DNA from: a virus
DNA length: 64,000 nucleotides
IMG/VR virus record: IMGVR_UViG_3300002054_000009
Strand: one strand, 5' to 3'
In this document: piece by piece, positions 7,870 to 18,206 of the stretch
Layout: each line of letters opens with the position of its first letter
How positions within the stretch are numbered: position 1 is the stretch's first letter
Position numbers and translations under genes: made by a program
The notes under the pieces: generated by a model
Told to the model about the DNA's origin: nothing
The model's database searches: none
Seen by the model: only the letters and a program-made list of their open reading frames with translations

Positions 7870-8634
7870 ATGATTTCCAATAATTCATCTACTTTAGAGT
7901 TGACTTCCGAGCCAAATCCACCCGTACATTATTACCAAGAACATATCACTAATATAATACACCATTTTTATCTATCAACTGATATTGGTCCCGCAACACA
8001 TTATGTAGAGATGATTCACGCCATACGTACAGCAGCGCCTACTGATGTCGTCTTCATTCACTTAAATTCTGCTGGTGGTCACTTAGATACTGGAATCCAA
8101 ATAATCAACGCTATGCGCGAATCAAGAGCACATATTATATGTAGTATCGAATCCGAAGCGTACTCAATGGCATCATTAATCTTTTTGAGTGCTGATGAAT
8201 TTATTGTACATGAGAATTGTATGCTAATGATTCATAATTTCAGTAGTGGTATGGTTGGGAAGGGTAATGAACAGCGTTTGCGCCTAGATGCAACATCTAC
8301 ACTTTTTGAGCGGTTTGCTCGTCCACTGTATGTACCGTTTATCTCAGAAGATGAATTTGATGGTGTGTTAGACGGGAAAGATATGTGGTTTCACACAGAT
8401 GAAATTCGGGATCGACTCATTAAAAATATGAATATCGCGAATGAAGATGAGATGCTTGGTGTTTTAAATCATGAAGAGGATGATGTTGAAGAAGAGGAGG
8501 TGGAGGTAGTGAAACCCAAACCGAAGCACAAGAAACGCCCGACACCACCACCAGTTAGGGATATAAAAGAGAGTGATGAACATAAGAAACGCATCTCATT
8601 ATTAAAAAGTATTGACGCTGATGACGAAGTTTGA
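7870..8634 (+). CDS. clpP: ClpP-like protease subunit with acidic/basic C-terminal extension
   Basis: IHLNSAGG, AYSMASLIF (catalytic Ser), LMIH; TAAATA at 7839. Confidence 0.85.
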   Translation: MISNNSSTLELTSEPNPPVHYYQEHITNIIHHFYLSTDIGPATHYVEMIHAIRTAAPTDVVFIHLNSAGGHLDTGIQIINAMRESRAHIICSIESEAYSMASLIFLSADEFIVHENCMLMIHNFSSGMVGKGNEQRLRLDATSTLFERFARPLYVPFISEDEFDGVLDGKDMWFHTDEIRDRLIKNMNIANEDEMLGVLNHEEDDVEEEEVEVVKPKPKHKKRPTPPPVRDIKESDEHKKRISLLKSIDADDEV

Positions 8635-8971
8635 TCCGAAAACAAAAGAGCTGCTAGGAGCCGATGGCTTGGCTAGGTATGAAGCTTTTCAGCAATTTAG
8701 CCCAATCTCCGGTGAAAGCTCGATGTCGAAACTGTCCGTGGCTGTCATGAGCACATTCGTTTCCGCACTAGATAAAATAGACTTTGAGCCAAGTTTGTTC
8801 TTAACAAGCTCGGGTAATCTGGAATTGGGATGGGAAGACGAAAGTGGTCAACAAATTTCTGTCGAATTTTATTCAGATAGAATTGAATACTTCATCGAGA
8901 AGAATGATTGTGAAGGTGAGGTAGGTGTTGATATCGCAGAAATAAAATCGATTTTTTCCGGGTCACGTTAA
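8612..8971 (+). CDS. hypothetical protein
   Basis: 119-aa ORF overlapping the clpP stop. Confidence 0.55.
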   Translation: MTLMTKFDPKTKELLGADGLARYEAFQQFSPISGESSMSKLSVAVMSTFVSALDKIDFEPSLFLTSSGNLELGWEDESGQQISVEFYSDRIEYFIEKNDCEGEVGVDIAEIKSIFSGSR

Positions 8972-9072
8972 TACTCTTCCCTATCTCCGTAATCTATGAG
9001 TTCGATAGAATTGCTGACCGATGAGATGGTTGTATATGATATAATGGATCTTCCAAAAGATGAACAAAAATC

Positions 9073-10092
9073 ATGTCCGAATTAGAAGAATTAATTAAAG
9101 AGAATATTGAATTGCACGGCGAATCTGCAAAGGGTTGGCAGGCATGTTTGCATATTGGGTGTGATCATGGACGAAAAGGCAATCGTGCAGGATTTAACTT
9201 TAATGGTGACACCATTTCATTTCAATGTTTTAATTGTTCAACTGCTGCTGTGGTTAATGTCACAGAAAATAAAAAAATGTCTATTAAGTTCCGTGGAGTA
9301 TTAGAAGATTTTGGTATTGATAAAAAATCATTGGATGCAATAGATTTTAATTTATTTCTTCAAAATGGAAAGTCAACTTCACAAAAATCATCAAAAAAGA
9401 AGAAAATTGAATCACTAATTCCTAAAAAAATTGATCTCCCTCACGAATTCATGTTGTTGGATAGGTGCAAAAATAAAAAATTTAAAGAGCAGTGTGAAAA
9501 ATATTTAATCGATGAGAGGGGTATTTCTCCCGACGAATATCCATTTATGGTTTGTGACCGGGTTAACAATTTAGGCATGAAATCATGGGAACAACGACTT
9601 ATAATTCCAATTATAAACAATGATAATATAGTCTTTTATCAGGGACGTGATATGACGGGGTATGCACCCAGTAAATATTTAAATGCGTCCGGTTCCAATA
9701 TTGATAGGGAGAAATTGTTAAGTAATTATGATGTTTTATTTGAGAAATTAGAAAAGCCACTATATATAGTGGAAGGATGGTTTGATGCTCATCTTTTGGA
9801 TGGTATAGCATTGTTTGGAAATCGTATAATGGATGGACAACGAGCATGGATAGGAAAATCTCACAGAGATAAAATTTTTATTCCTGATCGGTATGGTGAT
9901 GGTGTGGATATAGCAAAAAGTGCGTTAGAATTAGGTTGGAAAATCTCGGTTCCTTATGCTAAACTTGACGAAAATATTAAAGACGTGACTGATATGGTAG
10001 TGCGATATGGAAAATTATTTACGTTGAAACAGATTAAAAAACATACATCTACTTCTATTACAGAGGGAAATATAATGTTGAGTCTTTTATAA
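9073..10092 (+). CDS. DNA primase (T4 gp61-like)
   Basis: N-terminal Zn-binding C..C/CFNC, RLIIP, YQGR, KYLN, TOPRIM LYIVEGWFDA, PDRYGDG, KDVTD. Confidence 0.88.
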   Translation: MSELEELIKENIELHGESAKGWQACLHIGCDHGRKGNRAGFNFNGDTISFQCFNCSTAAVVNVTENKKMSIKFRGVLEDFGIDKKSLDAIDFNLFLQNGKSTSQKSSKKKKIESLIPKKIDLPHEFMLLDRCKNKKFKEQCEKYLIDERGISPDEYPFMVCDRVNNLGMKSWEQRLIIPIINNDNIVFYQGRDMTGYAPSKYLNASGSNIDREKLLSNYDVLFEKLEKPLYIVEGWFDAHLLDGIALFGNRIMDGQRAWIGKSHRDKIFIPDRYGDGVDIAKSALELGWKISVPYAKLDENIKDVTDMVVRYGKLFTLKQIKKHTSTSITEGNIMLSLL

Positions 10093-10094
10093 AA

Positions 10095-10538
10095 ATGAGC
10101 CAACAAAATATTCAAGATATAAGAGATTTAATTAAAACTGCCATTAAAATTGGTAGACGTGTTCCTATCACAGTCGATAAAAGGACTACGATGCACTGGT
10201 GGGAATTAATAAACCAATCTCTTTATGATAACAAACTAACACCACCAGTAGATTTTGAGTTCAAATGGTTTTATAATGACGTATTGGGTTGGTGTAGACC
10301 ATATGGGAAATCTAGGAAAGATGGTAAGCGTCGTGTTAAATTGGGAATGTCAACAGACTTAGATACCTTGGATGAATTTCTAATTATTCTCATACATGAA
10401 ACAGTGCATCAGTGTGAATATGAACTTGAGGGTGTATGGCATGATGCAGTGGCACATTCAAAATATTTCTATTCGTGGCGAAATAAAATTGAAGAATATT
10501 ATGATGCCCCACTGAAGGCTAAATATGCGTTTACATGA
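10095..10538 (+). CDS. SprT-like zinc metalloprotein
   Basis: ILIHETVHQ (HExxH), H...F..W. Confidence 0.75.
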   Translation: MSQQNIQDIRDLIKTAIKIGRRVPITVDKRTTMHWWELINQSLYDNKLTPPVDFEFKWFYNDVLGWCRPYGKSRKDGKRRVKLGMSTDLDTLDEFLIILIHETVHQCEYELEGVWHDAVAHSKYFYSWRNKIEEYYDAPLKAKYAFT

Positions 10539-10816
10539 ATAGACCATATTTAATCTCACCAGATTCTAGAAGTCCTAACAGAACAAATGGAGATTTTCTT
10601 GACATAATTATTGGTGGAGACTATAGTTACTTAGATGTACATATAAAATTAGACGGTGAATATATTGAGCCTATAGCTATTGAGCGAATTACAAATTTCA
10701 TGGGTGGGTACCAACCATTCCATAAAATAACGGTCAGGGGAGTTGAATTGGGGCGACATACAATTCAGATTAATAATGGACATATACATGTTTTTTACAC
10801 CAACCCATTGTATTAA
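10535..10816 (+). CDS. hypothetical protein
   Basis: Coupled ATGA overlap. Confidence 0.55.
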   Translation: MNRPYLISPDSRSPNRTNGDFLDIIIGGDYSYLDVHIKLDGEYIEPIAIERITNFMGGYQPFHKITVRGVELGRHTIQINNGHIHVFYTNPLY

Positions 10817-10831
10817 AATGGAGCAAATAAC

Positions 10832-12703
10832 TTGAGTAAGAATTATAGTGAAGATGATATTAAGGTATTGTCTGAAATTGAGCATATTCATAAGCGAACA
10901 TCCATGTATCTCGGAACTACTGAGGAGACTGAATATCAAGTACCACTATTAAATAATACTTTTGAGATAGCAAATATTAGTTTTATTCCGGCAGTAATGA
11001 AATTATTTTCCGAGATTGTTGATAACGCCAACGATGAGTTAATACAGGCTAATGTTAAATCACCTACAATAACAATAACCGCAGATTATGAAAGTCAAAT
11101 TTTTTCAGTGGAAGATAATGGTAGAGGAATTCCTATTGGTAAGCATGAAACCGGGAAGTATACACCCGAGGTTGTATTTACATCTCTTCGATCAGGAAGG
11201 AATTTTTCCGATAATAAACAAAAGGGTGTTATAGGGTTAAATGGTGTAGGCTCTAGTATAGTGTGTATGTGCTCTGAATGGTTTGAGATTGAGATATATC
11301 GTGATGGTAAGTGTTATAAGCAACTGTTTAGTGATGCATCTCGAATCATTGGCGACCCAATTATTTCAAAATCAAAGCGAATATCAGGAACTAAAGTATC
11401 TTTCAAATTGATGGATGGTATATTTAAAGATAAAACTCTACCAGAATCGTTAATTAGAAATCGGGCTGTCGAATTAGCAGCAACCAATCCCAATACTAAA
11501 ATAATTCTCAATGATGAGGAGTTTTTATATAAGAGGGGATTTCCAGAATTGGTATCTAATTATTTTGATGAAAGTATTCTCTTCGGTAATGATGAAATAG
11601 AGTTTCATATTATTCGTGACTTTCATAAGGGACAAAATGAGCTTATTTTTTCATGGGTTAATAGTTCATTTTTGTATAATGGTGGTATTTGTAATACGCA
11701 ATTTATGAATGCATTCGTTGATAAAACTATTTCTCATTTAGCTACAATAGCAAAAAAACGAAAAATTAAATTGACTCGGGGGGATGTCCTCACAAATTTA
11801 CTATTTCTTGGAAATCTTAAAGTTAGTGATCCACAATATGATTCTCAAGCAAAAACTAAATTGACTGGCCCAAATTTGCGAAAGCCGATGGATGATATTA
11901 TTGAGGCTAAGTGGAAGTTGTTTGTTCGAAATAATAAAGACTGGTTAGAAGAAATTGTTGAGCGTGCTGTTAGGAGAAGTAATGTTGCCGCTACAAAAGA
12001 TATTTTAAAAGATGTTGGGAAAAGCAAGAAAATAAAATTAGAAGGATTTATGGATGCGACATCAAAGCAGCGCGAAGAATGTCAGTTATTGATAACAGAA
12101 GGATTATCTGCAAGGGCCAATATAGTTGAATCCCGGAATCCAGAGACTATGGCTGCTTTGCCCCTAACCGGAAAAATAAACAATGTATATGGGGCTTCAG
12201 TGGCAGAATTAATGAAAATGGGCAAGGTATCTGATTTAATTAATGTCATTGGTTTGGTTCCCGGAAAAAGGGCAATTCGATCAGAACTTCGATATGGAAA
12301 AGTACATATATGTTCAGATGCAGATACTGATGGTGATCATATATGCGCTCTATTAATAAATCTGTTTTATCAATTTTGGCCAGAATTATTTGATCCACGC
12401 TACCCACCATTTTTTCATAGAATGGTTGTTCCAAATATTGTTGCAGTTAAAGGGAAGAAAAGAATTCATTTTCCAAATAGGGGATCATATGAGGTGGTGA
12501 AAAATAAATATAAATCGTATGAAATTTCATATTTAAAGGGGTTGGCAACCATGAGTCGTGTAGATTGGGCAATGATTCTTGGTGGAGAATTTGATTCCTG
12601 TGATCCGATTCAGGATATTGATGGGACACTAGCTGACGTTATGAAGTTATTATTCAGCCCTGATGTTGATGCAAGAAAGGAATGGTTACACGCTGATGAG
12701 TAG
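10832..12703 (+). CDS. type IIA DNA topoisomerase ATPase/TOPRIM subunit (T4 gp39+60-like)
   Basis: EIVDNAND, DNGRGIP, GLNGVGS, ITEGLSA, PLTGK, DADTDG.HI, YLKGLAT. Confidence 0.95.
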   Translation: MSKNYSEDDIKVLSEIEHIHKRTSMYLGTTEETEYQVPLLNNTFEIANISFIPAVMKLFSEIVDNANDELIQANVKSPTITITADYESQIFSVEDNGRGIPIGKHETGKYTPEVVFTSLRSGRNFSDNKQKGVIGLNGVGSSIVCMCSEWFEIEIYRDGKCYKQLFSDASRIIGDPIISKSKRISGTKVSFKLMDGIFKDKTLPESLIRNRAVELAATNPNTKIILNDEEFLYKRGFPELVSNYFDESILFGNDEIEFHIIRDFHKGQNELIFSWVNSSFLYNGGICNTQFMNAFVDKTISHLATIAKKRKIKLTRGDVLTNLLFLGNLKVSDPQYDSQAKTKLTGPNLRKPMDDIIEAKWKLFVRNNKDWLEEIVERAVRRSNVAATKDILKDVGKSKKIKLEGFMDATSKQREECQLLITEGLSARANIVESRNPETMAALPLTGKINNVYGASVAELMKMGKVSDLINVIGLVPGKRAIRSELRYGKVHICSDADTDGDHICALLINLFYQFWPELFDPRYPPFFHRMVVPNIVAVKGKKRIHFPNRGSYEVVKNKYKSYEISYLKGLATMSRVDWAMILGGEFDSCDPIQDIDGTLADVMKLLFSPDVDARKEWLHADE

Positions 12704-14198
12704 TAAAAAATCTCAAGAGCAAGTTATTCATGAATTTAAAGAAAATCACGGAAATAAATTTGATTATAGTGAAGTTGTTTACGAAGGCACTAATAACAAG
12801 GTTTCTATAATTTGTCCCATACATGGAAAATTTTATCAAACTCCACGAGAACATATAAAGAGAAGTTTTGGTTGCAGGGAATGTAGTATAGAGTACGCAA
12901 GAACAAAGACCACTATTTCAACAGAAGACTATATCAATTCGATAGATATTAATCACAGAAATTTGTATGATTTATCAAAGGTTAAATATGTTAGAAACAA
13001 AAAAAAGATAATAGTTATATGCCCGAAGCATGGAGAATTTACTATATCGGCCGCAGTATTTAAAAATGGTGGTGGATGCACTAAATGCCAATATGAAAAA
13101 CTTTCCAACCTTAATAGAGATTCTGAATCTTCTTTTATAGAAAAAAGTAAATTACTCTTCGGCAAAGATTATTTTAATTATTGGCCCATGCAATATGGTA
13201 AAAATGGACTAGACTATATATATCTGTGGTGCAATAAACATAGTAAACTAGTTAAAACAAAGCCTCAGTATCATTTACAGGGAAATAACTCATGTAGGAG
13301 TTGTAGGAGTTGTAGTATGTTTGAATTGACCATTAAAAATTTTTTAGATGAGCATAATATAGAATATATCGAAAATGATAAAAGGTTACTACATCCCAAA
13401 GAGATAGATATTGTAATACCTGACCACAATATAGGAATTGAATGTGATGGTATATATTGGCACGGTGAAAGTAAGGGGAAATATAAAAAATATCATTTGG
13501 AAAAAACTTTATCTGCGAATAATAATAATTATAGATTGATACATATTTTTGAAAATGAAATAATTAATAATGAAGAATTGGTTAAATCGAGATTATCGGT
13601 AATTTTAAAATTATCAAATATTAAAAAATATGGCGCTAGGGAATTGCGTGTTGATTATGTTGATAAACAATTATGTGTTGATTTCTTAAACGAAAACCAT
13701 ATACAGAAAAGTAGTAGTTCTAGTATTGATATTGCATTATTTCGGGAGACTGAGATAATTGCAGTGATGACATTTGGTATGGCGAGGTACAGTCAACGAC
13801 ACGAGTATGAATTGATACGATTTTGTTGTAAAAAATTTGTTACTGTTAGTGGTGGTGCTTCTAAATTATTTAAATATTTTATAAAGAATCATAATCCAAA
13901 ATCGATAGTATCATATTCAGATATTCGCTGGAATACGGGCAAATTATACAAAAATCTCGGATTTCTCGAAACTCATAAATCTGCACCCAATTATAAATAT
14001 TTTTGCAAACCCGACATATATAACCTACTATCTAGGGTTTCTTTTCAAAAGCACAAACTAAAATCTAAATTACTCCACTATGATGAAAAACTCACAGAAT
14101 GGGAAAATATGCAAGCAAATGGATATGATAGAATATGGGATTGTGGGAACATTGTATTTGAATGGTTGCAACCTGTTAAAGATAATGATATAATTTAA
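12696..14198 (+). CDS. free-standing homing endonuclease (CxxH zinc-ribbon repeats + PD-(D/E)xK domain, Hef-like)
   Basis: Three YDYS.V.Y...V.IICP.HG.F repeats, EIDIVIPDHNIGIECDGIYWH, C-terminal ELIRFC/SYSDIRW/RIWDCG. Confidence 0.8.
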   Translation: MSSKKSQEQVIHEFKENHGNKFDYSEVVYEGTNNKVSIICPIHGKFYQTPREHIKRSFGCRECSIEYARTKTTISTEDYINSIDINHRNLYDLSKVKYVRNKKKIIVICPKHGEFTISAAVFKNGGGCTKCQYEKLSNLNRDSESSFIEKSKLLFGKDYFNYWPMQYGKNGLDYIYLWCNKHSKLVKTKPQYHLQGNNSCRSCRSCSMFELTIKNFLDEHNIEYIENDKRLLHPKEIDIVIPDHNIGIECDGIYWHGESKGKYKKYHLEKTLSANNNNYRLIHIFENEIINNEELVKSRLSVILKLSNIKKYGARELRVDYVDKQLCVDFLNENHIQKSSSSSIDIALFRETEIIAVMTFGMARYSQRHEYELIRFCCKKFVTVSGGASKLFKYFIKNHNPKSIVSYSDIRWNTGKLYKNLGFLETHKSAPNYKYFCKPDIYNLLSRVSFQKHKLKSKLLHYDEKLTEWENMQANGYDRIWDCGNIVFEWLQPVKDNDII

Positions 14199-14201
14199 AG
14201 A

Positions 14202-14864
14202 ATGAAAACAGAAAAATATAGAAAAGAGTACCTCGCTTCATTATTTGGAAGTGTTTACGATTCTGTACTTGATCGAACATTTCCCATTGTAAATAATCCC
14301 CAAAAATATACCAATTGGTGTGATTTAAATCCAGCGTTGGCTGAGCACCGAGATGTTATTAACAGTAAAGTGTGGGTGGTAAGTGATCACCATTTTAATC
14401 ATGCAAACATCATGAAATACGCGAATCGAAAATTCAGTAATGTCCCTGAAATGAATCAGTTTATGATTGATCAACACAATGCGGTTGTTAAGTCTGATGA
14501 TGTTGTCATTCTCGGTGGCGATGTTGCATTTTGCGCAACGAACAAGGCGAACGACTTCCTTTCTCAATTAAATGGTTACAAAATTTTGATTATCGGGAAC
14601 CATGATTGGGAACGAAAGACTGGCAAGTTGAAAGTCTATGATGTGGATGAAATCCATATGAGTTATTTCATTGAACTTGATGGGACTGATATATTGATTA
14701 CTCATGTACCATTTTATTCAACAGTCATGATGGATAATAAAAATTTAAAAAATATTCATGGTCATATACACGACAAAAAAATGAATCATCCGCGATATAT
14801 TAATATGTGTGTAGAACACATTGATTATCAACCAGTGTTATTATCAGAACTAATCACAGGATAA
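14202..14864 (+). CDS. calcineurin-like metallophosphoesterase
   Basis: SDHHFNH, GGD, GNHD, THVP, IHGHIH. Confidence 0.9.
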   Translation: MKTEKYRKEYLASLFGSVYDSVLDRTFPIVNNPQKYTNWCDLNPALAEHRDVINSKVWVVSDHHFNHANIMKYANRKFSNVPEMNQFMIDQHNAVVKSDDVVILGGDVAFCATNKANDFLSQLNGYKILIIGNHDWERKTGKLKVYDVDEIHMSYFIELDGTDILITHVPFYSTVMMDNKNLKNIHGHIHDKKMNHPRYINMCVEHIDYQPVLLSELITG

Positions 14865-14868
14865 TATA

Positions 14869-16224
14869 ATGGGACAGGCATTATCATCAGAAAGAATTAC
14901 TGAAATGTGTAGGCTTTTTTCATTATATACCCTACAGTCAAGGGCGCTGCCACATGTTACAGATGGTCTTAAATCTGCTGCTAGAAGAGTGTTGTGGTGT
15001 GCAAAAGATGGAAAAAAATATAAAACAGCATCTTTAGCTGGTGGGACTCTACATTTACACCCGCATGCACCCCCAGAATCCGCGATTAATACAATGGCTG
15101 CATATTGGTCTAATAATATACCATTGTTATCGGGGACTGGTGCATTTGGAACTCTAATAAGTCCGGGGGATTATGGCGCTGGGAGATATACTTACGTACA
15201 AACATCTAAATTTACTAATGATGTAATATTTCGTGATATTGAAATTGTTCCCATGATGGAAAATTATGATTCGACTGAAATGGAACCCATACACTTTCTA
15301 CCGTTAGTACCAACAGTTCTATTGAATCCACAGCAGGGGGTAGCCACCGGATTTTCAACTAATATTTTACCAAGAGCATTAATCGATATTTTAATAGCAC
15401 AAATAAATCATCTTAATGGTGAAAATATTAAAGAATCTCTTCCGAATTTTACAACAACCAACAATAAGTGCATTAAAACGGAAACTGATTCAAAGGGGCA
15501 ATTGAGATATATATTTCGTGGTGAATATAAAAAAACTAGTGCTACTACAGTTAAAATAATTAATTTACCCTATGGAATAACACACGCCAAGTTTATGAAT
15601 AAATTAGATAAACTTGAAGATAATTCAGATAAAATTGTTAATATTATTGATAATTCAAAAGATATATTTAACATAGATATACAATTTAAGCGTGGTTTTT
15701 TATCTAATAGTACTGAAGAGGAAATATACAAATTTCTTGAATTGGAAACAAAATGTACCGAAAATTTAAACGTGATTGATTTCAATTCAGAATCTATACA
15801 CAATACAAATTACAAAGAACTAATTCAAGATTTCAGCGACTGGCGACTGAGTTGGTATTCAACACGTTATAAACGCCTAAAAAAACTGTTAGAATTGGAT
15901 ATACAAAAATATAGAGATATCATAACTGCAATTGATAACGATGTTGGTGGACTTGCTAAAGAAATTCCATCCCGGAATGATTTGAAGCATGAACTTAAGT
16001 CGTTTAATATTGTCAATGTAGACTACATAGCTGACCTTCCTGTGTATCGCTTCACGGTTGATGAAAAAAAGAAGATCAAAAATAAATTATCTGATGCATT
16101 AAAGCAACTTAAGGATTACAATGATATTCTTAGAAGTGAAGATCGACGTAGAGACATCTATGTAAGTGAGTTGCAAGAAATCTTGGTTAATGCGAAGAAA
16201 GGCAAATATAAAACCATAATGTGA
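14869..16224 (+). CDS. type IIA DNA topoisomerase breakage-reunion subunit (T4 gp52-like)
   Basis: RALPHVTDGLKSAARR, HPH, G.FGT, AGRYT (catalytic Tyr), G.ATGFSTNI. Confidence 0.95.
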   Translation: MGQALSSERITEMCRLFSLYTLQSRALPHVTDGLKSAARRVLWCAKDGKKYKTASLAGGTLHLHPHAPPESAINTMAAYWSNNIPLLSGTGAFGTLISPGDYGAGRYTYVQTSKFTNDVIFRDIEIVPMMENYDSTEMEPIHFLPLVPTVLLNPQQGVATGFSTNILPRALIDILIAQINHLNGENIKESLPNFTTTNNKCIKTETDSKGQLRYIFRGEYKKTSATTVKIINLPYGITHAKFMNKLDKLEDNSDKIVNIIDNSKDIFNIDIQFKRGFLSNSTEEEIYKFLELETKCTENLNVIDFNSESIHNTNYKELIQDFSDWRLSWYSTRYKRLKKLLELDIQKYRDIITAIDNDVGGLAKEIPSRNDLKHELKSFNIVNVDYIADLPVYRFTVDEKKKIKNKLSDALKQLKDYNDILRSEDRRRDIYVSELQEILVNAKKGKYKTIM

Positions 16225-16296
16225 TTTACTTCCTAAATTTTTGAGTAAATAAGAGTATGATAAACCTACCAACCAATAGAGAACTAAGAAAGACTT

Positions 16297-16524
16297 ATGA
16301 GTAAAAATTCTTTTAATGAGCGCGTTATCCTGAATGACATCAAAACGATGGATAGTGAAGAATTACTATCTGTTCATGGCATTCGAATTAATGAGGATGG
16401 CACTGTTTATGATCAAGCCTATGATAAATCCTTCCCGAATGTAGATGAATGGATTTATTTTTCGAGTAATGATGAGGATGTTGCTTTTGAAAAATTTGGA
16501 TATGATGATGTCGAATTCCAGTAA
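16297..16524 (+). CDS. hypothetical acidic protein
   Basis: TAAATA at 16246; 75 aa. Confidence 0.6.
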   Translation: MSKNSFNERVILNDIKTMDSEELLSVHGIRINEDGTVYDQAYDKSFPNVDEWIYFSSNDEDVAFEKFGYDDVEFQ

Positions 16525-16918
16525 GGTTGGATACAGTGCGTTTCTTTTACCCAAGAATCACAGACTAACCCTACTTGAATTGATACCGCCTACGCATGAT
16601 AAGATCATTGCACATCATGTGACTTATCAATTCGGAATATCTCGTGAGCACTTCAATATGAGTAGTATTCTAGATGCTATTATAAAGCCGTATGCGGTGG
16701 TTGATGATGGAGATAGTATACAGGCATTGGCAGTAACGGTTGATGGCGAGAGTGAGCGTACCGATGGGAATTACTACCATATAACATGGTCATTAGATCC
16801 AAGTAAGGCAAAGCCGGTTGATTCAAATAAAATTTTGAAAGATAAGACGTTATATACACCACTTGATGGTGCCAGCACAAAATCGATGGTATTCAACCAC
16901 GAATTTACAGAATTTTAA
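16445..16918 (+). CDS. second 2H phosphoesterase-like protein (real start probably near 16502)
   Basis: Two HxT motifs: AHHVTYQF and YHITWSL. Confidence 0.7.
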   Translation: MNGFIFRVMMRMLLLKNLDMMMSNSSKVGYSAFLLPKNHRLTLLELIPPTHDKIIAHHVTYQFGISREHFNMSSILDAIIKPYAVVDDGDSIQALAVTVDGESERTDGNYYHITWSLDPSKAKPVDSNKILKDKTLYTPLDGASTKSMVFNHEFTEF

Positions 16919-16935
16919 TAAGTTTTGAGGTATTT

Positions 16936-17229
16936 TTGATGATTACAAGTGCAATATTAGCAGCATGGCTAGCTACAAATTTGGATCATCAATTTTGTGG
17001 AAGAATAGAAACCGTATTAGATTCCATCATAACCTATGGAATTCCTTTGGGAGTGGTGGCAGATTCACCAAATCACTTCGTCTTAGGATGGCCAGTAGAT
17101 GATAACTATAATCGTTATTTGAGGGTGGCTGCGATAGAGCATGATGGATTCACTGTATGTCAGTCCGATTTTCGCTTTTATAATTCATCAAATCAGCGTG
17201 TTGATTCGAGTGGAAAAATTTTAGATTGA
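16936..17229 (+). CDS. hypothetical protein, hydrophobic N-terminus
   Basis: GAGG RBS, 97 aa. Confidence 0.55.
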   Translation: MMITSAILAAWLATNLDHQFCGRIETVLDSIITYGIPLGVVADSPNHFVLGWPVDDNYNRYLRVAAIEHDGFTVCQSDFRFYNSSNQRVDSSGKILD

Positions 17230-18144
17230 TTGGGATTCATCACTATGTATCCAATTTAAATCCCAAAGACACTTAACCGGAATAAGAAAGTGATATCGAT
17301 TTATGCTATACAATTTATATTTGTCGGCTAATTTTATATGAATGAAATCATTTTCTGATACTTTATTTTTCCTATCTCCCATATTATAGGAATATAACGA
17401 ATTTATTCTTACTAATTCTGCACCCACCAACGAATGGCGATTATTTCGTCTCGTTGCATATAGCCACTGTCGAGCCAGATTCCAGCTCGTGTATTCAAAA
17501 TTTTCTGATATTTTATCATCCATCTCTAGATATTGTTTTTTAGAAATAAAATTAAATTGATCTGAAGAATCATATAAATCCATAATAGATTCAAACGTTT
17601 TGAAATTACTCACATCCTCGGGAAAAAATTCCAAATGTGATGCGATCTTCTCATTAACTTTAGATGCATAGGTCGGTAAGTATGGACTTCCACATAAAAG
17701 TAGATAATCTGGAAATGAATCTTTAATTGCCTTAAAATCGATAGTATCTTCTCTGGTACTTGAAAGAATTAAATTATGAAAAATATCTGTAGATTTTCTT
17801 TTTTGTACGAGTAATATTATATATAAATCTCGGTATGCATAATACCACTTATCATTCCAAGCATATCCATTTTTCAATTTTTGAATATTTAAATTTGGTT
17901 CGAATCCACGATATACATCATATCCCAGAATTAAATTTCTTAAAAGAATTAATGCTGATGAATAATGCATATCAATATCGTAAGTAATTCTAGGATGCTT
18001 CTTTCTTTTTTTATCGAGGAGCCGCTGCTCATTAATAGTTTTTTTCCACAACTTTGAAAAACGATTCATTAATTCCTTATCACGTTTATCTATTTTATAT
18101 GGAAAATTAGAAATTAACGGTCTTTTATGTTTTTGGTCACTCAT
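17221..18144 (-). CDS. hypothetical protein
   Basis: 307-aa ORF; no motif recognised. Confidence 0.6.
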   Translation of the reverse strand: MSDQKHKRPLISNFPYKIDKRDKELMNRFSKLWKKTINEQRLLDKKRKKHPRITYDIDMHYSSALILLRNLILGYDVYRGFEPNLNIQKLKNGYAWNDKWYYAYRDLYIILLVQKRKSTDIFHNLILSSTREDTIDFKAIKDSFPDYLLLCGSPYLPTYASKVNEKIASHLEFFPEDVSNFKTFESIMDLYDSSDQFNFISKKQYLEMDDKISENFEYTSWNLARQWLYATRRNNRHSLVGAELVRINSLYSYNMGDRKNKVSENDFIHIKLADKYKLYSINRYHFLIPVKCLWDLNWIHSDESQSI

Positions 18145-18206
18145 TTTGGTCCCATATATAGCTCAACCAAAAATGTGATTGAGCTATATATGCCTATGTT
18201 GATGTG

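Noticed and set aside
4612-16224. Group I introns in thyA or topoisomerase genes
   Set aside because: Both reading frames are continuous; the endonucleases are free-standing.
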